Origin: an uncultured cyanobacterium
GTDB taxonomy: Bacteria > Cyanobacteriota > Cyanobacteriia > Cyanobacteriales > CAWUOF01
NCBI GenBank assembly: GCA_963744145.1
Contig: CAVUSO010000001.1
Span: forward strand, 1,248,001-1,312,000
Length of the DNA: 64,000 bases
Reading direction: 5' to 3'
Part shown: one piece after another, positions 11,296-21,615 of the stretch
How the letters are laid out: every line of letters starts with the position of its first letter
How positions within the stretch are numbered: position 1 is the first letter of the stretch
Made by a program: the position numbers and the translations under genes
Notes under the pieces: generated by a model
The model's database searches: none
Seen by the model: the letters and a program-made list of their open reading frames with translations, nothing else
Told to the model about the DNA's origin: nothing

Positions 11296-11745
11296 ATGGA
11301 GCAACCCAAACCAGATTCATCTGTCTCCCAAGACAGGATTAATTCTAGTACCAATGAGCAAGAACCTCTCCACCGATCGCCAACTTTTGCTCAAGAGGTA
11401 GAGAGGTTACACCAACTTACAGTTTATGCCCGATGGTTAGTAGTGATGGTTCTATGGCTCACGATTGGGAGCTGGAGCTTATGGGATTTGCGATCGGAGA
11501 TCGCTCTATGGATAGATGATTTTACCTGGATCGCAGTATACTATGGTCTTGCCTATCATCGACTTGCTAATTTTGGTCTAGCTTTTTGTCTAGGGATGAC
11601 AACTGCTGTGCTAATCTGGCAAAGTCGAAATATTCTGTTGGGTAGACCACCTAAACTCCAAAACCAACTAGAACAACAAGTGCTAAGAATTCGTCAGCAA
11701 GGTTCGAGTCATCCCCTGTGGAAGTGGGTATGCAAAGATAATTGA
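11296..11745 (+). CDS. Conserved hypothetical membrane protein
   Basis: Two hydrophobic segments and a C-terminal QGSSHPLWKWV; start taken at the internal ATG (MEQPK). Confidence 0.65.
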   Translation: MEQPKPDSSVSQDRINSSTNEQEPLHRSPTFAQEVERLHQLTVYARWLVVMVLWLTIGSWSLWDLRSEIALWIDDFTWIAVYYGLAYHRLANFGLAFCLGMTTAVLIWQSRNILLGRPPKLQNQLEQQVLRIRQQGSSHPLWKWVCKDN

Positions 11746-11761
11746 TTCAGAGAACAGTTAA

Positions 11762-12574
11762 TTAATTGTTTTTTGGCTGGTCTTGGGGCATAATTGCTCC
11801 ATCCAATTGCGCTCCCGTGAGATACGCTCCCCAAATCTTGGCACCTTCTAAATTGGCTCTCTGGAGATTTGCTTGAGTTAAATCTGCCATTTTTAGCTCT
11901 GCTTCTCTTAAGTCTGCATGACTGAGATTAGCTCCAAAGAGGTTAGCTCCATCTAAATTTGCTCTATTTAGATTAGCTCCACTCAGATTAGCACCATTGA
12001 GAGATGCTTCAATCAGGTTTGCTCCGCTCAAATTAGCCCCTGCTAAATTTGCTTCGCTAAAAGAGACATCTCGGAAATTGGCTTGACTCATATCCGCACC
12101 ATTGAGTTTAGCACCAATTAGTTTTGCTTCCCGTAAATTGGCTTTATGTAAGTTAGCTTCACCTAAATTAGCTTCACGTAAATCCGTTTCCCCTAAATCA
12201 GCACTTTGTAAGTTAGCATTATGCAAATTAACCTCACGCAAATCGGTTTCATGGAAATCAGCACCAATAGCTAAGGTTTTGCTACAATTAGCTTGATATA
12301 GATCAGCTTCGCGCAATTGTGCCCCTGACAATTTAGTATCACTCACATCAGCACCGCTCAAAGAAGCTCGATTCAGACGAGCATCGGTTAAATCAGCTCC
12401 TTTCAGATTAGCTCCTCGTAAGTCTGCTCCAGTAAAATCGGTATTGCGGAGATCTGCTTGCTCTAAGGAAATTTTATATAAGTCCGCTTTCCGGAATGAT
12501 TCTCCGCTCAAGTTTACTTCCCGAAAACTTCTTTCTCCAGCAGCATAACGCTTTAACAGTTCTTTAGCATCCAT
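11762..12574 (-). CDS. Pentapeptide repeat protein
   Basis: ELLKRYAAGERSF start followed by A(D/N)Lxx repeats. Confidence 0.95.
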   Translation of the reverse strand: MDAKELLKRYAAGERSFREVNLSGESFRKADLYKISLEQADLRNTDFTGADLRGANLKGADLTDARLNRASLSGADVSDTKLSGAQLREADLYQANCSKTLAIGADFHETDLREVNLHNANLQSADLGETDLREANLGEANLHKANLREAKLIGAKLNGADMSQANFRDVSFSEANLAGANLSGANLIEASLNGANLSGANLNRANLDGANLFGANLSHADLREAELKMADLTQANLQRANLEGAKIWGAYLTGAQLDGAIMPQDQPKNN

Positions 12575-12723
12575 ATTCTTTACCTGTTTATGGGTCCTGA
12601 TTAATTAGTCTAATTTTTTTCAAAAACCTATTTATTTACAATACCTGAAAAGTTTTTATTTTGATCTTTTAATAAACTAAATAAAGTACAGCAGATTCTA
12701 TATTGATGAAGTACAGGAAGATT

Positions 12724-13130
12724 GTGGGACAGGCATCTTGCCTGTCCGATCAATTCGTCAGTTAAAGTTGATTGTGATTGATCTGTGTTGGTTGGGCGGG
12801 TTTTTGATAGTGATCGATTTGGTGCAAAATTAATTGGTTAACCCGCCCCTACAAATCCTGGTTAATTGTGATCATAAATTCATGGCAGAAAATGTGTTTA
12901 AACATCAGCAATTAGATCACTTGTAGGGGCGGGTTCACCGATGAATTCGCCACACACAAATAACTCTTGTGCCGAGCGCTTGCCCTGAGTGTTCCCTGAG
13001 CCTTGCCCTGAGTTTACCCTGAGCGGAGTCGAAGGGCGTAGTCGAAGGGGTCGAAGGGCGTAGTCGAAGGGTAGTCGAGGTATTAATGAACCCGCCCAAC
13101 CCCACAGATCACCTGGATGAACTCACCCCA
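12724..13130. repeat. Cluster of REP-like palindromes with nested 24-nt mini-elements
   Basis: GGACAGGCATCTTGCCTGTCC hairpin, GGGCGGGTT...AACCCGCCC doublets, nested CCCTGAG/GTCGAAGGG halves at 12966-13080. Confidence 0.85.
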
Positions 13131-13273
13131 TCTGACATCACAGACAACAGGGCTATACTTCATAAACCTGGAATAGGCTGTAATTTGTCGATTTTAACTA
13201 GATTTAGTATCAAAATAGACAACTAATTACAAAGATATATGATATATGCTTGCAGGTGTTACTTAATCCGAAA

Positions 13274-13843
13274 ATGACAGAATTAATAAGTAAAAAAAAA
13301 TTGCGTCGATCGCTATTGTTAACTAGACGCGCTCTCTCTCCATCAGAGTGGAGAGATTTAAGCGATCGCATTTGCGATCATTTACAGAATGCACCGATAT
13401 TTACCCAAGCAAGGACGATTCTAGCTTATTTTAGTTTTCGTCAAGAACCAGACCTCAGTCCCCTATTTCGGGATGATCATAGTTGGGGATTTCCTCGTTG
13501 TGTAGACAATTCTCTGGTTTGGCACCTTTGGACTCCCAATGATTTGCTCCAAACTAATGCTTATGGTATTCTTGAACCTGACCCCCATGCACCAATTTTG
13601 TCACCTGAGCAAGTAGATTTAATTCTGGTGCCCGGAGTAGCTTGCGATCGCCAAGGTTATCGTTTAGGTTATGGTGGTGGTTTCTACGATCGCTTACTTA
13701 GTTTACCACCATGGCAATCAAAACCGACGATGGGGATAGTATTTGGATTTGGTTATTTATCTCAACTTCCCATTGAACCGTGGGATCTACCTTTAGATTA
13801 TGTTTGTACAGAAACTGGTTTAGTCAATTTTTTGAGCAATTGA
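13274..13843 (+). CDS. 5-formyltetrahydrofolate cyclo-ligase
   Basis: YGILEP and DLILVPGVACDRQGYRLGYGGGFYDRLL motifs; ATG at 13274 preferred over the upstream alternative start. Confidence 0.93.
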   Translation: MTELISKKKLRRSLLLTRRALSPSEWRDLSDRICDHLQNAPIFTQARTILAYFSFRQEPDLSPLFRDDHSWGFPRCVDNSLVWHLWTPNDLLQTNAYGILEPDPHAPILSPEQVDLILVPGVACDRQGYRLGYGGGFYDRLLSLPPWQSKPTMGIVFGFGYLSQLPIEPWDLPLDYVCTETGLVNFLSN

Positions 13844-13876
13844 TGGGACAGTCAAGATGACTGTCCTACAGATGAT

Positions 13877-15097
13877 TTACAAAGGTCGATAACGATTATT
13901 TGAAGACATATCGCGATTAGCACTCGCAGCATCAAATCCTCCAGTCCGGAAACGACGATCCAGATCCTGTGGATCAGGAGAGTGTTTTTCTGCTTCTTCG
14001 ATCGTAATTCGACCATTGAGGACTTGATGATAAAGTGCCTGATTAATTATTTGCATTCCTTCTGCATTTCCAGTTTCCATCAATCGGAATGCGTCTTCTT
14101 CATTACCCTTAAATAGATAATCCTGCATCGCTGGTGTATTCAATAAGATATCGTGAACTGCTGTCCGACGACCATCGGTTGTGGGGACTAATAATTGAGC
14201 AATTACAGCTACTAAAGAATCTGTAATCTGAATTCGCATTGCTGCTTGTTCATCAGCGTTGTATAGATTTAATAAACGATTAATTGAATTAATCGCACTG
14301 CGGGTATGCAATGTTCCCAATACTAAGTGACCAGTTTGAGCAGCTTGTAAAGCGGTATTTACTGTAGTCCGATCGCGCATTTCTCCAATTAAAATTACAT
14401 CAGGATCTTCCCGCAAAACTGCTCGCAAAGCTTCATGAAATTCGTTAGTATGTAGCCCAACTTCCCGCTGACTAATTAAACATTTACGGGAAGGATGAAC
14501 AAATTCGATCGGATCTTCGATCGTCACTATATGTTTAGCTGCTGATTCGTTCAAGTATCGAATCATCGCAGCTAAGGTGCTAGATTTCCCAGAACCGGTC
14601 GGACCTGTCACTAATACTAATCCCTGGGGATGGGTGATGATCTCTTTGAGTACAGTTGGTAAACCCAACTCATCAATGGAAGGAATATTTAAGCTAATTA
14701 ACCGTAGGACTATTGCTCCTCCGGTTAAAGCTTCAAAACAATTAACCCGGCAACGTACTAACCCAGGATAATATATAGCTGTATCAAGTTCTTTATTGTC
14801 TGCGAAGAGCTTTCTTTGACTTGGATTCAGGATTTGATTCAAATAAGCTTGAAAAACTTCTGGGGTTACTCTTGCTTGACCCGATTGTTTGACGATCTGT
14901 CCCCGAATCCGATATCTTGGAGTTTGACCTACTCGAATATGGATATCAGACGCAAGTTGAGCATGAGCATCTTTGACCATTTGCTCAATTGAAAAAACTT
15001 TACCACTCGCAGGTTTTGCTGATGCTGCTGATGCTGGTGGTGCTGCTGGTCCTGGAGGAGATGGAATGCTGGGCTGGGGTGCTTTAGCACTGTTCAT
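13877..15097 (-). CDS. pilT: Type IV pilus retraction ATPase, PilT family
   Basis: SDIH, GPTGSGKS, TIEDPIE, LREDPDVILIGEMRD and TGHLVLGTLHT motifs. Confidence 0.9.
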   Translation of the reverse strand: MNSAKAPQPSIPSPPGPAAPPASAASAKPASGKVFSIEQMVKDAHAQLASDIHIRVGQTPRYRIRGQIVKQSGQARVTPEVFQAYLNQILNPSQRKLFADNKELDTAIYYPGLVRCRVNCFEALTGGAIVLRLISLNIPSIDELGLPTVLKEIITHPQGLVLVTGPTGSGKSSTLAAMIRYLNESAAKHIVTIEDPIEFVHPSRKCLISQREVGLHTNEFHEALRAVLREDPDVILIGEMRDRTTVNTALQAAQTGHLVLGTLHTRSAINSINRLLNLYNADEQAAMRIQITDSLVAVIAQLLVPTTDGRRTAVHDILLNTPAMQDYLFKGNEEDAFRLMETGNAEGMQIINQALYHQVLNGRITIEEAEKHSPDPQDLDRRFRTGGFDAASANRDMSSNNRYRPL

Positions 15098-15420
15098 TTT
15101 TTTTGTTTAGTTAAGGTAAACTGTTACGGATGACTGTTTTATTTCCTAATTTTGTGCTTACTCCATAAACCAGCGATCGCCAAGTATCCTTGGTTTGCTG
15201 ATTTATTTTTATTCTTTTTGCTCCTCAGCGCACCCTATCTAAATTTATCCAATTTCATCCGTAAATATACGGAATATTTTAACTAAAAAAAATCACAAAA
15301 ATCAGCTTTCTTATACTTTTTTAATAAAAAATTTGTCTGTTTGGACATTCTCTAGGAAAATGTACTTATGAATACATTTTCCTGGTGATCAGTCCAGTTA
15401 CACCAAACTCAGAGGGAAAC

Positions 15421-16044
15421 TTAAGTTTGGATTTGCTTGACAAAATTAGATAAGATGGTTAAACCCGCAGGGGCAGATTTTTCCGGGTGGAATTGAACTG
15501 CGGTAAGATTATTTTGAGCGATCGCTGCTGTAATTGTTTGACTTCCATGGGTTACGGTTGCAGCTCTCACTTGGGGATCACTCGGATCAACATAGTAGGA
15601 ATGGACAAAATAGACCCAAGGATCAGGGGATAACTGTTCCCATAAATTTAGGGTTGGTTGAGTTAATTCTAACTGATTCCAGCCCATGTGGGGAATAGTT
15701 AAGTCTGGTTCGGCTTGAAATCGACGTACTACACCAGGAATAATCCCTAAACCTGGTTCTTTTCCTTCCTCACTGCGATCAAATAAAATTTGTAATCCCA
15801 GACAAATCCCTAAAAATGGTTTACCAGAGCTAATTGCATCTTTGAGAGGATTAATTAGATCGCGCGATCGCAAATTTTGAATTGCGGGATCAAATGCTCC
15901 TACTCCTGGTAATATTACCGCATCTGCTTGGGCTATGTCCTTGGGGACATCGGTAATGATTGGTTTTGCCCCAGCATTTTCTAATCCTTTACATACCGAG
16001 TGCAGATTTCCCATATCATAATCTACAACGGCGATTACTGGCAT
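15421..16044 (-). CDS. hisH: Imidazole glycerol phosphate synthase glutaminase subunit
   Basis: DYDMGNLHSV, LPGVGAF, GICLGLQ, PHMGWN, YFVHSY, QFHPEKS; start at MPVIAV. Confidence 0.97.
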   Translation of the reverse strand: MPVIAVVDYDMGNLHSVCKGLENAGAKPIITDVPKDIAQADAVILPGVGAFDPAIQNLRSRDLINPLKDAISSGKPFLGICLGLQILFDRSEEGKEPGLGIIPGVVRRFQAEPDLTIPHMGWNQLELTQPTLNLWEQLSPDPWVYFVHSYYVDPSDPQVRAATVTHGSQTITAAIAQNNLTAVQFHPEKSAPAGLTILSNFVKQIQT

Positions 16045-16090
16045 TGATTTTCTCCCCTGCAACTGACTATCTATGATTCTATCAACTTTT

Positions 16091-16600
16091 ATGGAGAAAA
16101 TATTTTTATTCACTTCTTTTGATATCTGGTTGTCCCATCACCAATCTAATTCCTCGGACGACTTGTTAATCAAGCTTTACCAGTCGAATTTATCTCCAGC
16201 TTTCACTTTTTTGAGAAAATTACCAGTTGATAGTCATCGCGCTAGTCAGATGGTAATTGCGACTATTGCTCAACTTCGTCCGGAGATCATTATTTGTTGC
16301 GGAATGGCAGAAACTAGGACAAAATTATCCCTCGAATCCCAAGCAACTAGCGATCGCGATATCCTAACGACTAGATTAAATTTAGCTGATTTAGTGCAAA
16401 ATTTAAGTCACACAGAAATTAGTCATGATGCTGGTAAGTTTGTTTGTGAAAGTTTATATTATCAGGTGTTAAAATATCTTCAAGAAAAGGATCTCCCCAG
16501 CTTCTGTATTTTTGTTCATGTGCCCCGGTTAAATGAAGAAAATTTATCGCCAATTTTAGCAGATTTTATTACAATTATCCACAGACTGGAAAATTTATGA
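16091..16600 (+). CDS. Pyroglutamyl peptidase I family (peptidase C15)
   Basis: TSFD...NSS, CGMAE, SHDAGKFVCE and FVHVP motifs. Confidence 0.85.
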   Translation: MEKIFLFTSFDIWLSHHQSNSSDDLLIKLYQSNLSPAFTFLRKLPVDSHRASQMVIATIAQLRPEIIICCGMAETRTKLSLESQATSDRDILTTRLNLADLVQNLSHTEISHDAGKFVCESLYYQVLKYLQEKDLPSFCIFVHVPRLNEENLSPILADFITIIHRLENL

Positions 16601-18085
16601 TTGATCAGGACTGTGGCTTTACAATTATTTAAAATTACTTGCTTTCTCCTGCTGCTTTTGACCATTTTCAGCATGATTCTGGTCTTCGGATTAATCCCAA
16701 CAGAAATCGTCAAACAAGAATCAGTATTTCCGCTCCCAGGAAAACTAGATCAGATCCCAGTATTTAATAGTAATAGTCCCGAATTAGTAGGAAGTGAGGG
16801 GATATTACTCTCCACTTTTCCACCCCAAAATAAAAGAGTTCCTGCTGCTCATCTTAATTTTCCTTTCCAGGGAAGATTTGATATCTTTTGTCACCATTTT
16901 ACTGCTCTGGGAAAAGATGGACGGACACTTTACCTAGGAGTATTATTGCAAAATTTAAGCCGAGAAACAGTAACGATCAAAGTATTACAGTCAGCTAGTT
17001 ATTTAGCTGAACCAGAAGCACCTTATCTTGATTTATTTGCGATCGAAGATAACTTCAGTGGTGATGTTTATTCCGGTCCAGGAGATCGGGTAATGAATGA
17101 TATTTTAAGGGGTAAGCTCCAGAATAATTTACCGATTACCATCACCCTACTCTCTGGAGAGAGTCAGATGTTAATCAATCTTCCCTTAATGATCCAAGAA
17201 AATAATTTCCCCCAAAATGGGAGATCTACTTTCTTAAGATTAGCAAGTAACGGTCCAGTTTATGTTGCTAGTTTAGCCATGTATGCACCTGTAGTCAGTA
17301 CAGGTATTTCTCGGGCTCCGATGTTAGCAGAATGGAAAAAATTATTAGATACAGGTCAATTAGTCGAGCCCCGTGATCAATCTCCTACTCCTCTAAATAA
17401 TACCATGGGTCACCTAATTTATGGTCGGGTTGCTGGTGTTGCTCAAGGTTCCCAATGGGAAGGTACATTAATTGATCAATCAAGTTCAAATTATCTAACT
17501 ATTCCCCCACCTGGTCAAGCTTTTTCCTATGTTATTAGTAGTGTTCATCAGGGTACATTAGGTACTCAGCGGATTCAAAGTGCAAAAATGTTAGTGCGTT
17601 ATCCAGATACAGCCTATTTTGCTCATGGTAATTATGGAGTACAATATCATCTCACCATACCATTTTATAATCCTACTGATGAGAATCAGATTGTGGGTAT
17701 TGCGCTCCAAACACCGATTAAGGAAAATCAACTCAGCAAAAATGGACTAAGGTTTCGCTTATCTTTTTCCGAATCAATTGCTTTTCGTGGTACAGTCCGA
17801 CTCAATTACCAAGATTTTCGTCATCAACCCCAGATTCGCTATCTCCATTTATGGCAACATCGAGGTGAACAAGCTGGTAATTTAGTTACTTTAATGATTA
17901 AACCAGGCGATCGGCGATTAGTAAAATTAGATTTTATTTATCCTCCTGATGCTACTCCTCCCCAGGTACTAACTGTGAGTACATCTGAGCGTAATTATGT
18001 GATTCCGATTATGCTCAAAAACTTATTCTTTTTACTATTATTGGCTTTAGTTCGGAGGAAAAATTTTCCGAAAATTAGAGGTTAA
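16601..18085 (+). CDS. DUF3370 family protein (paralog 1)
   Basis: PVFNSNSPE, GILLSTFPP, YGRVAGVAQGS, HGNYGV and YPPDATPPQVLT motifs. Confidence 0.8.
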   Translation: MIRTVALQLFKITCFLLLLLTIFSMILVFGLIPTEIVKQESVFPLPGKLDQIPVFNSNSPELVGSEGILLSTFPPQNKRVPAAHLNFPFQGRFDIFCHHFTALGKDGRTLYLGVLLQNLSRETVTIKVLQSASYLAEPEAPYLDLFAIEDNFSGDVYSGPGDRVMNDILRGKLQNNLPITITLLSGESQMLINLPLMIQENNFPQNGRSTFLRLASNGPVYVASLAMYAPVVSTGISRAPMLAEWKKLLDTGQLVEPRDQSPTPLNNTMGHLIYGRVAGVAQGSQWEGTLIDQSSSNYLTIPPPGQAFSYVISSVHQGTLGTQRIQSAKMLVRYPDTAYFAHGNYGVQYHLTIPFYNPTDENQIVGIALQTPIKENQLSKNGLRFRLSFSESIAFRGTVRLNYQDFRHQPQIRYLHLWQHRGEQAGNLVTLMIKPGDRRLVKLDFIYPPDATPPQVLTVSTSERNYVIPIMLKNLFFLLLLALVRRKNFPKIRG

Positions 18086-18102
18086 ACTAAGACTGTAATC
18101 AA

Positions 18103-18232
18103 TACGGTTCGTTTAAGGATATTTTGGGAGATATCGACGGAAGAAGGGTGAAGCATTCGGGTATAGGATCACTCGTTTGAGCGTTCAATTGTCGCCCGAA
18201 TGCTTCACCCCTACAATTAACCGAACTAGATT
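18103..18232. repeat. GTAG-type REP doublet (GGGTGAAGCATTCGGG...CCCGAATGCTTCACCCCTAC)
   Basis: Inverted repeat; same family recurs near 20943, 38685, 46339, 46921, 49747 and 52937. Confidence 0.8.
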
Positions 18233-18274
18233 GGGACTGTAATATAATTCGATCGCCTTATTTTTCTTCTCCCT

Positions 18275-19633
18275 ATGCTATCTTTTTTACCAATTTTTCC
18301 TCTGGCTCAAACTGTACCACCACCAGTAGTTCCCCAAGAAATCGTCCAACCCCAAGAAGTCCGACCATTACCAGGAGGATTAAACTCAATCCCAGTATTT
18401 AATAGTAATAGTCCCGAACTGGTTCTCACCGAAGGAATCTTACTATCTACCTTTCCCCCTACAGATAAACAAGTACCCACCGCACATTTGAATTTTCCCT
18501 TCCAAGGAAGATTTGACCTATTTATCCATCATATTGCCCAAGCAGCTAATCCCCAAGATTTAAGAACTCTTTATATAGGGGTAATTATCGATAATCCCAG
18601 TCCAGTACCAGTAACAGTAGATATATTGCAAGCAGCTAGTTATCTGAGTCAACCCGATGCTCCTTTTATCGAACTATCATCTTTCCTCGACAATTCTGAT
18701 GGCAAGGTTTATGCTGGACCTGGTAGTCGGGTGATGAGTGATATTCTGCGGGTAGTACGACCAACAGATTGGCCCGCTCAACTGGTGATTCCACCAAATA
18801 CCAGTCAGTTATTAATGAATTATCCCATCCCCGTCAAAAACCTTAAACCACCTCTCAATGGTCGATCTACTTTAATTCGAGCGCGAAGTAATGGACCTGT
18901 TTATTTAGCAAGTTTAGGAATGTTTGGTAAAACTAATCCCGATGGAAGTGAGCGGGCACCAAATTTAGGTGAATGGGAACAACTTTTAAATCAGGGAGGA
19001 TTAGCTGGTCCACGCGATCGCGCTCCGACTCCCCCAGGAATGACTACCGATCGGCTAATTTATGGTCGGGTCGCGGGAGTAGCTCAAGGTTCCCAATGGT
19101 TAACCCAAATTGTCGATAGTCCTGGTGCAACAAAACTAACTATTCCCCAGTCTGGTCAAGCATTTTCCTATGGAATTGCCACTTTAGCAGGGGGAATGAT
19201 GGGTACAAACCAAATCCAGAGTGCGAAAATGCTGGTGCGTTATCCAGATACAGCTTATTTAGCTAATGGTAATTATGGGATTGAATATAACTTAACTTTG
19301 CCCCTTGATAATCCCACTGAACAAGATCAAACAGTAGTAATCACGATTCAGACACCCTTCAAAACCGATGATGTGAAAGGAGGATTGCGTTTTTTAACAC
19401 CTCCAGGTCGTCCCGTTTTTTTTCGTGGTACAGTCCGAATTCGCTATAACAATGAACAGGGATTCCCTTCCACCCGATTTGTCCATTTAGTCCAACATCA
19501 GGGACAACAAGGAGAACCCCTAGTCCAGATCAAAATGAAAGCTCATACTCGACAATTAGTCCAAGTAGGTTTTCTTTATCCTCCGGATGCTACTCCTCCC
19601 CAGGTGTTAACGATTAAAACCCTAGCAGAATAA
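18275..19633 (+). CDS. DUF3370 family protein (paralog 2)
   Basis: Same motifs as the upstream paralog. Confidence 0.85.
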   Translation: MLSFLPIFPLAQTVPPPVVPQEIVQPQEVRPLPGGLNSIPVFNSNSPELVLTEGILLSTFPPTDKQVPTAHLNFPFQGRFDLFIHHIAQAANPQDLRTLYIGVIIDNPSPVPVTVDILQAASYLSQPDAPFIELSSFLDNSDGKVYAGPGSRVMSDILRVVRPTDWPAQLVIPPNTSQLLMNYPIPVKNLKPPLNGRSTLIRARSNGPVYLASLGMFGKTNPDGSERAPNLGEWEQLLNQGGLAGPRDRAPTPPGMTTDRLIYGRVAGVAQGSQWLTQIVDSPGATKLTIPQSGQAFSYGIATLAGGMMGTNQIQSAKMLVRYPDTAYLANGNYGIEYNLTLPLDNPTEQDQTVVITIQTPFKTDDVKGGLRFLTPPGRPVFFRGTVRIRYNNEQGFPSTRFVHLVQHQGQQGEPLVQIKMKAHTRQLVQVGFLYPPDATPPQVLTIKTLAE

Positions 19634-19949
19634 GCGGAAAAACTGCCAAAAATTTGCCTTTTTATGATGTTTCATGGTAAATAGATAAGCGAAAACATCA
19701 CAACTCGCTGATGAAATGGACGAATAGAGGATTGCCCAGTTGAAAATCTGAAACAATAATCCCACTGGCGTGATTATTTTTCCATGAAATAGCTGATATC
19801 CTAAGCAAAAGCTGGGTAGGGAATGGGGAAACTTGCTCAATTGATCAACTAAAATCCTCTGTCCCCTATTCCGATCGGCTCACTAAATCAGTTGTGTTGA
19901 TTTTTGGTCTAACCACTAACTGGAAATTACAGAAAATAACGGAGAAGGT

Positions 19950-20312
19950 GTGAGTATGAAATCAAAAATCTTGTTAGGATGTTTTGCTCTAATCTTGGGT
20001 AGTATCCCCCTACCTAGTTTAGCTGATATAGTAGTTAATGGAAGTAACCTCCCATCTAAAGTGGTTTTACCATCAGACTTTAAATTTCCAGTGAACACTA
20101 TTGTTGAGCAAGATCAGACCAAGACAAGTTCCACTCCGATTACTGATCAAAATCTTTCAGTGTCTGATTGGGGGCAAAAAATTACTAACTGTTTAGTATC
20201 CCAATCACCCAAATTGATCCGAGCTAGCGACAAAAGTCCAGTGACTATTAATAATAAACAAGGGACGATCGTGCTCAATGCTAATAAAACACCAGTTTGT
20301 GCCACGAATTAA
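19950..20312 (+). CDS. Hypothetical exported protein
   Basis: Signal-peptide-like N-terminus ending SLA-D, two Cys. Confidence 0.6.
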   Translation: MSMKSKILLGCFALILGSIPLPSLADIVVNGSNLPSKVVLPSDFKFPVNTIVEQDQTKTSSTPITDQNLSVSDWGQKITNCLVSQSPKLIRASDKSPVTINNKQGTIVLNANKTPVCATN

Positions 20313-20381
20313 GATTCTTTAATTGATCCAAATTTTCGCTACCTCTTTTTGATCTTCAAATAAGAGGTTTTTTCCGATAAA

Positions 20382-20412
20382 AAACCACCTAAATATCTAT
20401 TTTAGGTGGTCT
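20382..20412. terminator. Probable intrinsic terminator downstream of ssrA
   Basis: ACCACCTAAA...TTTAGGTGGT inverted repeat with a T-run on the minus strand. Confidence 0.6.
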
Positions 20413-20429
20413 TAACAACTATGTGCTGA

Positions 20430-20818
20430 TGGAGCTTATGGGAATTGAACCCATGTCCTCAACAGGTATTTACCCCCCATTCGTTCACAGGCATAGCTCA
20501 TCTAATCCTCAGAGCGGGAATTATCCTTTATCCCGGATAATAGGATGCAATGGTTAAGTCTTAGCTAACCAGTAAACCAAAGAAACCTGGTTAGAGCATC
20601 CGTTGGGGTTAGGTCTGTTGTCCTTAACGGAGTCAAACTACAGACGCTCAACAATTACAAGAGGTTGTTTTTAGGCAACAGCAACTGCTTTACGAGCAAA
20701 AGGAACGATGTTGTTCGCATTTACATTTTTTTTGAGCCAGATATTTACGAGAGACGACTCACTCTCGGCCTGAATCACAGAGTAGCTTTCGCCATCAAGT
20801 CGAAACCGTGAAAGCCCC
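20430..20818 (-). ncRNA. ssrA: tmRNA
   Basis: 5' GGGGCTTTCACGGTTTCGAC; 3' T-arm GGTTCAATTCC and AGCTCCA; tag ORF at 20718-20671 reads ANNIVPFARKAVAVA*. Confidence 0.97.
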
Positions 20819-21040
20819 ATAATTTTGACTAAATCTACTCTAGCAGATTTTTGCTTAGATGTCTAGTATAGCAGCAAATTGCTAATTCAGCCAAATTTCG
20901 CTCTAAATTCGATCGGTTCTGGTGCAATCCGGTTCGGTTAATTGTAGGGGTGAAGCATTCGGGTGACAATTAAACACTGAAGTGAGTAGCATTAGACCCG
21001 AATGCTTCACCCAACTGCCGTCGATATCTCCCAAAATATC

Positions 21041-21571
21041 TTAAACGAACCGTATTGGAGTCGATATCTGGTTGGATGCGAGATGGGTAGGTTCATCCAG
21101 GTTATTTGTGGGTTGGGCGGGTTCATCCAGGTTATTTGTGTGTTGCAAATTAATCGGTGAACCCGCCCCTACAGATGATCTAGATTGAATTTTCAACTCC
21201 TTAAATCCAGTTTTATCATCAATCTCTCGCAGAAAAACAAAATCTTCACTTTCACCAATAATTATTTCTGCGGTGGTGTAAATTAGACAACCTGTCATTA
21301 AATGACCACCCAGTGTATTACCTTTGCGATCGCTCACAGCAATATGTAAATGCACTCCATTGACTGATACAGTCCCTACTAAAGAAACAATTTCAAAAAA
21401 CTCATTAAAAACTTGACTAAAATTTTGGGTAGAAAATCTTAAATTTGCCTTTTTCAAACTCCCAACAGCCGTAATAATAAATCCAGCTTGAATGTTGTTT
21501 AAATTGACAAAACTGATTAAATTTTCCTTTAAGTCTTGATTTGGCTCTAACCTTAATGGGAATATTTTCAT
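21041..21571 (-). CDS. PPC/DUF296 domain protein with a repeat-derived C-terminal extension
   Basis: RLEPNQDL, AVGSL, FEIVSLVGT, HLHIAVSD and GGHL motifs; tail from VGAGSP onward is REP sequence. Confidence 0.85.
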   Translation of the reverse strand: MKIFPLRLEPNQDLKENLISFVNLNNIQAGFIITAVGSLKKANLRFSTQNFSQVFNEFFEIVSLVGTVSVNGVHLHIAVSDRKGNTLGGHLMTGCLIYTTAEIIIGESEDFVFLREIDDKTGFKELKIQSRSSVGAGSPINLQHTNNLDEPAQPTNNLDEPTHLASNQISTPIRFV

Positions 21572-21615
21572 TGGTGGTAGGACAGGGGACAGGACAAGGG
21601 TATCAAAGAAATATT

